Shown: piece after piece, positions 47,947-56,359 of the stretch
Position numbering within the stretch: position 1 is the stretch's first letter
Layout: the number at the start of each line of letters is the position of its first letter
NCBI GenBank assembly: GCA_963804995.1
Contig: CAWDSK010000003.1
Location: 928,001 to 992,000 of the forward strand
DNA: 64,000 nucleotides
Source of the DNA: an uncultured Acidobacteriota bacterium
Lineage (GTDB): Bacteria > Acidobacteriota > Terriglobia > UBA7540
Direction of reading: 5' to 3'
Notes under the pieces: model-generated
What the model was told of the DNA's origin: nothing
What the model saw: only the letters and a program-made list of their open reading frames with translations
Database searches by the model: none
Translations under genes and position numbers: made by a program

Positions 47947-48659
47947 GGGTTGTCTCGGCAGGCATCGGAGTTACCGACATCTTTTTCCCGCGGCGACGGA
48001 GGAGACACTGGACCCGATGAAGCCTTAGGAGATGGTTCGTGATTGGGGTGAGATCGCCGACCCCCAGCCCAGCGCGGCACTTTCGTGGACCGGACCTCCC
48101 ACTTCCCGGTAAAGGTCACGAAGAACGAAACCAGGACCAGCTTGACATCGAGCCAGAAGCTCTGCCTCTTGATGTAGAGGAGATCGTAGCGAAGTTTCTG
48201 ACGACGCGGCAACTCACTGTGACCATAGATCTGAGCAATTCCTGTAAGCCCCGGTGTGACCGCGTGGCGCCGGTCGAATCCCGGGATTTCCAGACGAAAC
48301 TTCTTGACCAGTTCCGACCACTCCGGCCGTGGCCCCACAAAGCTCATATCGCCGCTGAAGATGCTCCAGAGCTGTGGGAGTTCGTCCATGGCGGTTGACC
48401 GCAGCATCCGGCCCACCCGCGTGATGCGCGGATCCTTTTCTGTGGCGGGGGTTACCCCCCACTTGGCGTCTGAGTCTGCCACCATCGAACGGAATTTGAT
48501 GCTCATGAACTCTTTACAATCTTTCCCCACCCTCGGCTGCCGGTAAAAGATGGGGCCCCCATCCTCCAGTTTGATAGCCACAGCGATCAAGCCCCAAAGG
48601 GGTGAAGAGGCAAGCAAGCCCAGCCCGGACAGCGAAATGTCGAAGAGTCGTTTCAGCAT
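47943..48659 (-). CDS. Polyprenyl-phosphate sugar phosphotransferase (initiating sugar transferase)
   Basis: KRLFDI, KFRSM, DPRITRVG..LR...DELPQL, GDMSFVGPRPE, PGLTG.AQ. Confidence 0.95.
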   Translation of the reverse strand: MLKRLFDISLSGLGLLASSPLWGLIAVAIKLEDGGPIFYRQPRVGKDCKEFMSIKFRSMVADSDAKWGVTPATEKDPRITRVGRMLRSTAMDELPQLWSIFSGDMSFVGPRPEWSELVKKFRLEIPGFDRRHAVTPGLTGIAQIYGHSELPRRQKLRYDLLYIKRQSFWLDVKLVLVSFFVTFTGKWEVRSTKVPRWAGGRRSHPNHEPSPKASSGPVSPPSPREKDVGNSDACRDNP

Positions 48660-48693
48660 TTAAACCGATTCCCACCCTCAGGGCGTCATCACT

Positions 48694-49851
48694 TCAACTA
48701 GTCCCTGTACTCACCGGCAGAGTCAGCAAGCCTTTCAAAGTAGTCAGAAGGGCACGGTGATGCCAGTCGAACTTCAACTTACCATTCAAACGAACCAGCA
48801 GATCAGTTGAGCGCGCCATCTCGAAAAAATTATCAATCTGCCCGTCGGTGAAGTGGCCGGCGAGTTTCCGCGCAAAATAGCCGACTACCAACTCATTACC
48901 AAATGTCGATCGCCAGTAGCGTTCGAAATCGCCTAGAGTCCGGGAGTCGAAGCTCTTCTTGCGGAAAGCCCGAGTCGCCACCGCGGCAGCCAGTTCCGCT
49001 GAAAGCAAGCCGTAATAGATTCCCCCACCGGTGGTGGTCTTAATATGTCCCGCTGCTTCACCCGCTGCCACCACGCGGTCGGTAACACAGCGCCCCACAG
49101 GGGCCTGAGCAATACCTTTGCGATCCACCTGCAAGCCTGAAATATCGGTGTGGGGGGCAATCCTCTTGACCAATTTCGCAAAATAGGGCTCAGGGTTCTC
49201 TTCCGTCATCAGCCCCACTCTTGATTTCCCATTACCGAGTGGGATTTCCCATCCGAAAGCTCCCGGAGCCACTCCCTGGCCCACGTAGACCCGGGTGGCC
49301 CCGCCATGACCGTTAGGAGGGAGGGTTAATTCCGTCTGCAATGCCCGAAGGAACTGCCGAGGGCGCGCCAGCCCTAAGGCGCGATTCAAGGAACCATTAA
49401 CACCGGTAGTGATGATGGCCAACTGGGCTTCGAATCTGTCAGGCCCGTGATCAGCAGACTGGAAATCGATTGCCACCGAATGCTTGCCTACTTCCAGAGA
49501 GTTCACCCAACAGCCCAGTCGCACGTCAACGCCTGCAGCGGCTGCCCGCTGTCCCAAGGCACGGTTGAACTCTCCCTTGTCGATCACCTGGGCAAGAGGA
49601 GCCTCTGTGCGATGCTCCAGGATTTTTCCTCCGGGGGAAATCGCTTGAATGCACCGGATGTCCGCCAAGATGGGTTGGGTGGGAAGGCCGAAGCGCGCAA
49701 AAGCCTCATCGCCCAGAACTCCTGAGCAGATGGCCCGATCGCCAATCCGGCTCTGAGCCTCCAACAAAACGACATCCAGCCCTGCCTGGGCCAGCAAAGA
49801 CGCAGCGTGGATACCCGCCGGTCCAGCTCCGACAATGGCGACATCCCTCAA
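48694..49851 (-). CDS. Geranylgeranyl-reductase-family FAD oxidoreductase
   Basis: DVAIVGAGPAG, CSG, FGWEIP, GEAAG.IK.TTGGGIYYG; TTG start after SD GGAGG. Confidence 0.85.
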   Translation of the reverse strand: MRDVAIVGAGPAGIHAASLLAQAGLDVVLLEAQSRIGDRAICSGVLGDEAFARFGLPTQPILADIRCIQAISPGGKILEHRTEAPLAQVIDKGEFNRALGQRAAAAGVDVRLGCWVNSLEVGKHSVAIDFQSADHGPDRFEAQLAIITTGVNGSLNRALGLARPRQFLRALQTELTLPPNGHGGATRVYVGQGVAPGAFGWEIPLGNGKSRVGLMTEENPEPYFAKLVKRIAPHTDISGLQVDRKGIAQAPVGRCVTDRVVAAGEAAGHIKTTTGGGIYYGLLSAELAAAVATRAFRKKSFDSRTLGDFERYWRSTFGNELVVGYFARKLAGHFTDGQIDNFFEMARSTDLLVRLNGKLKFDWHHRALLTTLKGLLTLPVSTGTS

Positions 49852-49914
49852 ACGACTACCTCCCTAATCAACCCTACTCCTTGGCACCTTCCCGCAAATT
49901 CGAACCCCTCGGGG

Positions 49915-50502
49915 CTATCTGGGACGGACCACCCAATCGTAGTTTATCCCCCGATCATCAAAGGGAATCCGACCCTCATCTTCAGGGTTATAGAACCGGT
50001 CAGTGGCATAAACCAGGATCCCCGCCTCGGTCCCGACAACCTTGTACCCATGGGCGACGCCCGGCGGGATACGGAGTTTCCAGGGGCGCAGGGAGCCCAC
50101 AAACACGGTATTCAATCTGCCACAGGTCGGAGAAGACTCCCGCAGATCGCAGAGGACAACTTGAAACATTCCACTCAGCGGGGCCCACAGATCCGTCTGC
50201 TCAAAGTGGTAATGGATTGCCTTAATGACCCCGGGATACGAGATCGTAAAGGAAACCTGAATCCGGCTCCCCCTGGCAGGATCGAAATCCCTGGCGATGC
50301 CGGGTTCTCCCAACCGAAAAAGCTCGGCGAAGCTGCCCCGGTCATCTGGGAATTGCGTAAGCGCTTCAACTTCAACGCCCTGAATCAGTTGGGGCGATCG
50401 AGGGTTGGTAATTATGTCGCCACAGCTCGGCTGGGAGTGGGTCCGAATGATGAGGCGAACGTCCCCGCGTTCGGCGAGCAACTTCGAAGCCTCCGGACTC
50501 AT
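49915..50502 (-). CDS. rmlC: dTDP-4-dehydrorhamnose 3,5-epimerase family protein
   Basis: DDRGSFAE, PGVIKAIHYH, IPPGVAHG, Y...YNP.DE. Confidence 0.85.
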   Translation of the reverse strand: MSPEASKLLAERGDVRLIIRTHSQPSCGDIITNPRSPQLIQGVEVEALTQFPDDRGSFAELFRLGEPGIARDFDPARGSRIQVSFTISYPGVIKAIHYHFEQTDLWAPLSGMFQVVLCDLRESSPTCGRLNTVFVGSLRPWKLRIPPGVAHGYKVVGTEAGILVYATDRFYNPEDEGRIPFDDRGINYDWVVRPR

Positions 50503-51407
50503 AGTCCTGTTACCTCCGACTTAGGTAAGATTTCAGCCGGATCCGGCTCCAGCCCTCTGAGCCCCTCCGAGCGTTCACCTTCCGCCAGGTATTGCGCCAA
50601 TCCCTCCGTCCAATGCGGAAGGGCACCGAACTGAAGCATGCGACGATTCTCCAGAACGGAATTGGCGGGACGCCGCGCCGGCCGCCCCAATTCCTGGGTC
50701 GTCGTGGGCACAACCCGGACCTGGCCGAGTCCCCCCGCTTTCACAATGGCCTGGGCAAATTCAAACCAACTGCAGTTCCCTGCACCGGTAACGTGATAAA
50801 TCCCATAGGATTCAACACGTAACAGTCGGGCAAGCAGGGCTGCCAAGTGACGGGTATAGGTGGGTGAGCCCCGCTGGTCGGAAACCACTCGAAGCTCATC
50901 ACGGACTTTCGCCGCCGCCAAAATTGTCGCCACAAAATTCTTGCCCTGGGGACCATATAGCCAACTGGTTCTGACAATGAAGTGCCGGGGCACCAGCGCC
51001 TGCACGTACTGTTCTCCCCTTAACTTCGTCCACCCGTAAATGCTGATCGGGTTGGGACAATCGTCCTCCCGATAGGGCCTTACCCCAAGCCCATCAAAGA
51101 CATAGTCCGTACTAACATACAGCAAACCCGCACCGATTCGCGCACAAGCACTTGCCACATGCCGCGCTCCGAGACTGTTGACCTCCTCGGCGCTCCGCGG
51201 ATTCGATTCACAACCATCCACATCGGTATAGGCAGCGAGATGACATACGAAGTCCGGTCGCAAATGTAGAAAAGTACCCTCGACGGCGTTCCCGTCCCGG
51301 ATGTCGAAGTCTGTAACATCAACTCCGATGACGCGGTGTTCCGTTTGCAGGCAGGGCAGCAGCACAGATCCGAGCATGCCCTTCGCGCCAGTGACTAGAA
51401 TTCGCAC
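50499..51407 (-). CDS. rmlD: dTDP-4-dehydrorhamnose reductase
   Basis: TGAKGMLG, AAYTDVD..E, STDYVFDG, YG.TK..GE, DQRGSPT. Confidence 0.95.
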   Translation of the reverse strand: MRILVTGAKGMLGSVLLPCLQTEHRVIGVDVTDFDIRDGNAVEGTFLHLRPDFVCHLAAYTDVDGCESNPRSAEEVNSLGARHVASACARIGAGLLYVSTDYVFDGLGVRPYREDDCPNPISIYGWTKLRGEQYVQALVPRHFIVRTSWLYGPQGKNFVATILAAAKVRDELRVVSDQRGSPTYTRHLAALLARLLRVESYGIYHVTGAGNCSWFEFAQAIVKAGGLGQVRVVPTTTQELGRPARRPANSVLENRRMLQFGALPHWTEGLAQYLAEGERSEGLRGLEPDPAEILPKSEVTGL

Positions 51408-52456
51408 TATTTCCTGCCGCCGGGGTTGAGAATTCCTGAAAGGGTTGAATCCCTCTGGTCATACTGCCTTCGATAGTAGGCACGGTACCCGCGAGCCGCC
51501 ACGCGTTTTACCCAGGCGCCAGCGGACAAATACCAATCAACGGTACGCTTGAGGCCGTCTTCAATCATCGTTTGCGGGGCCCAGCCCAATTCTTTCTGTG
51601 CCTTTTCAATATCCAGAGCATACCGGCGGTCATGGCCGGGCCGATCCTGAACATACGTCAACAAGGACTCGGGCTTGCCGAGGAGCGCAAGGATCCGTCT
51701 CGCGATTTCGACATTGGGCCACCCCATCCCTGCGCCCAGATTGTAGATTTCGCCTTCTCGCCCCTTGTGCAGTACGGCATCCAAGGCGGCGCAATGATCC
51801 ATGACATAAATCCAGTCTCTAACCTGCAACCCGTCCCCGTAGACTGGAATACTTCGCCCCTTCACAGCTTGCGTGATGAGGAGCGGAATGAACTTCTCCG
51901 GGTATTGATAAGGACCGTAGTTGTTCGTACACCTTGTGATAATAACTGGAAACCGATAAGTTCGGAAGTAGGCTCGCGCTAAAAGGTCCGCGCCTGCTTT
52001 GCTGGCCGAGTAAGGGCTGTTGGGGGCAAGCCGTGACTCCTCCGTGAACTTCTCACCAAGCGAAGCGCTTCCGTAAACCTCATCGGTGCTAACCAGGATA
52101 AAACGCTTGACGCCCGCGTGCCGGGCGGCATCCATCAAGCACTGAGTTCCCTGGACGTTGGTCTTTACAAAGGCCGAGCTGTCTATGATGCTGCGGTCCA
52201 CATGCGATTCAGCCGCGAAGTGAACCACGGCCTCAACATCCTTGGTTATCACCTCCTGGACCTTGCGGCGATCACAGATGTCACCTCGGACAAAGATGTG
52301 CCGCGCCTCCGCCTTCACATCTTCGAGAGTGTGCAGGTTTCCGGAATAGGTCAACTTGTCGAGGTTCAGGACAGAGTAATGGGGGTATTTCGCCAGAATG
52401 AAGCGGACAAAATTCGAGCCGATAAAACCTGCTCCGCCCGTGACCATCAGCTTCAT
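51407..52456 (-). CDS. rmlB: dTDP-glucose 4,6-dehydratase
   Basis: TGGAGFIG, AAESHVDRSI, STDEVYG, PYSASKA, DRPGHDRRY. Confidence 0.96.
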   Translation of the reverse strand: MKLMVTGGAGFIGSNFVRFILAKYPHYSVLNLDKLTYSGNLHTLEDVKAEARHIFVRGDICDRRKVQEVITKDVEAVVHFAAESHVDRSIIDSSAFVKTNVQGTQCLMDAARHAGVKRFILVSTDEVYGSASLGEKFTEESRLAPNSPYSASKAGADLLARAYFRTYRFPVIITRCTNNYGPYQYPEKFIPLLITQAVKGRSIPVYGDGLQVRDWIYVMDHCAALDAVLHKGREGEIYNLGAGMGWPNVEIARRILALLGKPESLLTYVQDRPGHDRRYALDIEKAQKELGWAPQTMIEDGLKRTVDWYLSAGAWVKRVAARGYRAYYRRQYDQRDSTLSGILNPGGRK

Positions 52457-52470
52457 TTCGAGCCTTTACC

Positions 52471-53205
52471 TTAGGTTAGAGGAAGTGAAGACTTGCTTTC
52501 CGCCACCAGATTGGTCGCCGAGCGCAGCGATTCGAAGGTCCCCGCGTCGGTCCACCAGCCTTCCAGAATGCTGTATGTCAGGGTGCCTTCCTTCAGGTAT
52601 GCATTGTTCACGTCGGTGATCTCCAACTCTCCTCGACTGGAAGGCTTGAGACTGTTGGCTTTCTCAAAGACGGTCGAGTCGTAGAAGTAAACCCCTGTCA
52701 CCGCAAACGGGCTGGCGGGGCGGGAAGGTTTTTCTTCAATGCGCACGATTCGGCCTTCCTCGAATACGGGCACTCCGAACCGCGCCGGATTTGCAACCTC
52801 TTTCAGGAGGATATGGGCCCCCTTGGGTTGCCGCTCAAAATCATCGGCCACCTGCTTGATACTTCCCTCGAGGAGATTATCGCCAAGAACCACGCAAACC
52901 TTTTCTCCCTCCGCGAAGTTCTCCGCGAGACGCAGGGCATCCGCGATACCACCCTCCCCCTCCTGATACGCGTAGTGCAGATGCTTCAGACCGAATTCCT
53001 TTCCATTACTCAGCAAGCGTAGAAAGTCCCCGGCATTCTGCCCGCCCGTGACGATGAGGATCTGCTGAATGCCCGCGTTCACCAGCGTCCAGAGGGGGTA
53101 GTAGATCATCGGGGCGTTGTAAACGGGCAGCAAATGCTTGTTCGTGACCTTGGTTAGCGGGTACAGCCGCGAACCTATTCCCCCCGCCAGGATGACACCT
53201 TTCAA
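52471..53205 (-). CDS. rmlA: Glucose-1-phosphate thymidylyltransferase (short RmlA/SpsI type)
   Basis: KGVILAGG.GSRLYP.T, KHLLPVY, LGDN, EEKP, RGELEITD, W.DAGT; TTG start after SD GAGGTG. Confidence 0.9.
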   Translation of the reverse strand: MKGVILAGGIGSRLYPLTKVTNKHLLPVYNAPMIYYPLWTLVNAGIQQILIVTGGQNAGDFLRLLSNGKEFGLKHLHYAYQEGEGGIADALRLAENFAEGEKVCVVLGDNLLEGSIKQVADDFERQPKGAHILLKEVANPARFGVPVFEEGRIVRIEEKPSRPASPFAVTGVYFYDSTVFEKANSLKPSSRGELEITDVNNAYLKEGTLTYSILEGWWTDAGTFESLRSATNLVAESKSSLPLT

Positions 53206-53337
53206 TTCGCACCTCGCTTGCCTCTGTAAATGCCGACCCTTCGTACGGGTCCCTGGGGCATGTTTCTTAAGCCCATTCGCCCTCCCTGCCTCGGAGCGCA
53301 GGGGCAGGCAAGGAGATTCCACCCGCGCCAGGGTTCT

Positions 53338-53465
53338 CTAGCAGGCTGTTGAAAAACCCTCACGGTGCGACGTAGCGGCGGGTTTACCCCGCCATATCGC
53401 CAGCGATTTCAACAGCGGATGGCGGGGTAAACCCGCCGCTACGTCGTTTTTCATCAGCCTGCTAG
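53338..53465. mobile_element. MITE with IS5-like ends enclosing a GTAG REP doublet, copy 2
   Basis: CTAGCAGGCTGTTGAAAAA...TTTTTCATCAGCCTGCTAG; same REP arms as 44651..44780, different loop. Confidence 0.78.
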
Positions 53466-53466
53466 G

Positions 53467-54867
53467 TTAAGTGAGAAAGCCTCCGCTGGGCATGGGGCTC
53501 GAAACACGCTCTATTTTTCTCACCTTCCGCTCAGAAGAACGTGGGTGAACAGCAATCGCCAAACACACAACGAACCAAGCAGCGTTGGCAGGAATCCGCA
53601 AATTGAAATCCACAAAACTATGGGCCATGAGTCCCAGGCAACCCACTGCGGCCCCCAACTGTATCCAGCCTGCTTCGTGGTGGAGGCGATCCTCCAAGTG
53701 CCGAAACGCCACTCGAAAGAATAGCACCAGCGCAACGGCGAGAAGCACAACCCCCGGCAACCCCGTTTCTGCCAGGGCCTCGGCAAAGTCATCATGGGCG
53801 TGAGTCCAGTGCTGGTCGGTCGCCTTAATCGCATACATTGGAAACGCCTGCTCAAAACAACCCACTCCCACACCGATCCACGGGTGGTGGGCGGCAATGC
53901 GAAGAGCGCTTTTCGCCACCCAGAACCGGTCCCCAAGGGTCACGTCGAGAGATTTGTCGGTGTTAAAAATTGACCAAGCTTGGGTGCTAACACTCCTCGA
54001 ACGGACCAACCAGGTGAAAAGAAGTGCAGCGACAATCACCACCCCGACCATGACCGGGAGGGCGCGACTCCAGGCAGCCTGAGGCCTTCGCCACACCAGG
54101 ATAATCCCGTAAACGAGCCCTTCAATCAGCAAAGCAGCCGTGGCGCCCCGGGAGCCACTGGCCCACACGGAAACCAGCGCAACAATCAGCACGCCCCACA
54201 GTATGAACCGCGAGAGTGATTGGTGAGACCGCGTCAGAATGTACCCGACCGAAATGGGGATAAGCATTTCCATCAAACCACCGTAATTGTTGTGGTTGAC
54301 GTAGGGGCCGAATGGCCAACCCGCCGTCTTGATGCTCCAATAAACCAAATGCTTATCTTCACCATAGAAGAATTGCGCCCACGCCAGCACACTTACGGCA
54401 AGAGCCAAAATCGTAACCAGAAGTCCGAATCGCCCCAAGGCCCTTCCGTTCTCTGACCTCGCATTAAGAAGCTGTCCGGCCAGGAAGAATAATACAAGGT
54501 TGGCTATAAGCTTCAGGATAGCTTCCCGTGTTGCTATGGGGTCGATTGTCAAGCCGAACAGAAACTGGACAAGCGCCACGAGGAGAAGCCCCAGAAACGG
54601 CCAGTACAGGGGAGACCAGACGATGGTGAGAGTGCCTCGGTGAACACAACCCACCGTCCAAAGAATCAGGGCCAAAAAAGCCAGGCTCGCCAAACTCGCC
54701 CAAGCCCAGGGATTCACCGCTCCTAAAGGCCACGGGGCGAGAAACATTGCGGTGAGCAGAACAAAGCGTGCGATTCTGTGGAGAATAGAGGGGGATGCGT
54801 CCGGCTCGATCTGCGGGGAGTGTCGTAAGAATGGAGCAGGGGATGTGGACAGAGTAGACATGGTCAC
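53467..54867 (-). CDS. O-antigen ligase/Wzy_C-family membrane protein
   Basis: Multi-TM; GPYVNHN, SGSRG, P.IGVG.G.F, HAHDD.AE.LAETG, HSFVDFNL.IPAN. Confidence 0.88.
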   Translation of the reverse strand: MTMSTLSTSPAPFLRHSPQIEPDASPSILHRIARFVLLTAMFLAPWPLGAVNPWAWASLASLAFLALILWTVGCVHRGTLTIVWSPLYWPFLGLLLVALVQFLFGLTIDPIATREAILKLIANLVLFFLAGQLLNARSENGRALGRFGLLVTILALAVSVLAWAQFFYGEDKHLVYWSIKTAGWPFGPYVNHNNYGGLMEMLIPISVGYILTRSHQSLSRFILWGVLIVALVSVWASGSRGATAALLIEGLVYGIILVWRRPQAAWSRALPVMVGVVIVAALLFTWLVRSRSVSTQAWSIFNTDKSLDVTLGDRFWVAKSALRIAAHHPWIGVGVGCFEQAFPMYAIKATDQHWTHAHDDFAEALAETGLPGVVLLAVALVLFFRVAFRHLEDRLHHEAGWIQLGAAVGCLGLMAHSFVDFNLRIPANAAWFVVCLAIAVHPRSSERKVRKIERVSSPMPSGGFLT

Positions 54868-56255
54868 CGGGACCTTTCCTGCGTCACAGTTCGCCCGGGG
54901 AGGTCCGCAGCTTGCAGCTTGACCTCATCCAGCCAGACCGTACCTGAAATGTCGCGCGGAGGCATCCGACCTGAAGGCCGCCAGAAGGATATACGCACGG
55001 CCTGAGTCTGGGGCAGCGTCGTAAACGCCAGATCGACGGGGTGCCACTTCGTCGTCCCCAGGGTCTGGTCACTCGTCGAAACCGGGCAATTCGGACAACC
55101 CATTTCGGTCACGCGCAAACGGGGGCCGCTGTCCGAGGTGAGATCCTCCGAACGTACATAGGCCGTTAGTTGATAACGGGTTTGGGGTTTGACCGGAACA
55201 ACTTGGCTCAATAAGTCAAAGTCCGCGTTCCGACCTACGAGGAATTCGATCCTCAAGCACTTTCCAATCCCGTAACCAGAAGGGTCAGCGAAATCAAAAA
55301 GCAAATCCGATTCGTCACTGTATCGCCAGTCAAATCCAGTGTTGAGAGGCTTTCGGTCGAAGCTTCCGTTGTAAACTAAAGAGCTGGAACCCGTGCTTTC
55401 TACTTTCGGAATGCCCCCCCGGCGCTCCAGATCGTTCCAGACCTTGGTCGCATCGGAGATTTGATCGTGGTCAACGAGGAAGTCCAGGAAGGGTTTTACG
55501 GAAGGTATTTCCGGCGGCCGGTTGGACTCAGCAATCATTTCTTCCCAAATCTTCATCGCGTTTTCATAATCTCCCGTAGCGCTCATGAAAACCAGGAAGT
55601 AGGACCTCAAGGCGGGGTCTTTCGCCTGACGGATAACCCCCTGGTATACCTGATGTGGATCCTCTGCGGCGCGGAGGCACAACCGCACCACCTGAGCCGC
55701 ATATTCGGGGGCCATATCCAGCAGGGTACGGAAATAGGGAAAACTCATCTGCACCCGATTGGTCAAAACATAGTGATTCCCAATGGTCCAATATAAACGA
55801 GGCATCACAGGGTTAAGGGCCCGGGCCCGCTCAAACGCCTCGTCAGAGCAGGAAGTATCTCCGGCGAAGTCACACGCCGTGCCCAGATCCGTCCAATATT
55901 CCCATATGCGAGGGTTCAGGGCGGCAGCCTGTCGAAGGTAATTCACAGCTTCAGATGGATTGAGCTCCGTGGGAACATAGGAATATATCACCCCGAGCCG
56001 ATGCACGAGGGCCGGGTTGCCCGGATCGTATTGGAGCGCCTTTTGGACTGCGGTGACAGATAAGGAGTCCAAGGTCTCGGTAGCCATCGCTACGCGCACC
56101 GTTTCATAAGTCAGGAAGATACTGAGGGCGGGGACGGCCAAGAGGACTAGGAGCGCCCGCCACCAAGGGCGCAGCGGCCATTCCAGCAGGTATTGGGGGC
56201 GGTGTCGTAAAGAAGGCCTTCCGCCAGGAAGGTCACGGTTAGGAGATTCACTCAT
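54864..56255 (-). CDS. Membrane-anchored TPR-like protein with C-terminal carbohydrate-binding-like domain
   Basis: N-terminal TM; A..LNP helical repeats; VYNGSFD...GFDW, Q.V.V.P.T.Y.L, GTVWLDEV. Confidence 0.7.
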   Translation of the reverse strand: MSESPNRDLPGGRPSLRHRPQYLLEWPLRPWWRALLVLLAVPALSIFLTYETVRVAMATETLDSLSVTAVQKALQYDPGNPALVHRLGVIYSYVPTELNPSEAVNYLRQAAALNPRIWEYWTDLGTACDFAGDTSCSDEAFERARALNPVMPRLYWTIGNHYVLTNRVQMSFPYFRTLLDMAPEYAAQVVRLCLRAAEDPHQVYQGVIRQAKDPALRSYFLVFMSATGDYENAMKIWEEMIAESNRPPEIPSVKPFLDFLVDHDQISDATKVWNDLERRGGIPKVESTGSSSLVYNGSFDRKPLNTGFDWRYSDESDLLFDFADPSGYGIGKCLRIEFLVGRNADFDLLSQVVPVKPQTRYQLTAYVRSEDLTSDSGPRLRVTEMGCPNCPVSTSDQTLGTTKWHPVDLAFTTLPQTQAVRISFWRPSGRMPPRDISGTVWLDEVKLQAADLPGRTVTQERSR

Positions 56256-56359
56256 TTCGAGAAAGGTCCTGGAACACGCGATTGGTAAACGCCTTGAGGT
56301 CCTCGCCAGGCTTAACTAAACTTGTTTTCCGCCTCACCCATCTTCCCGGCCACGAACCT

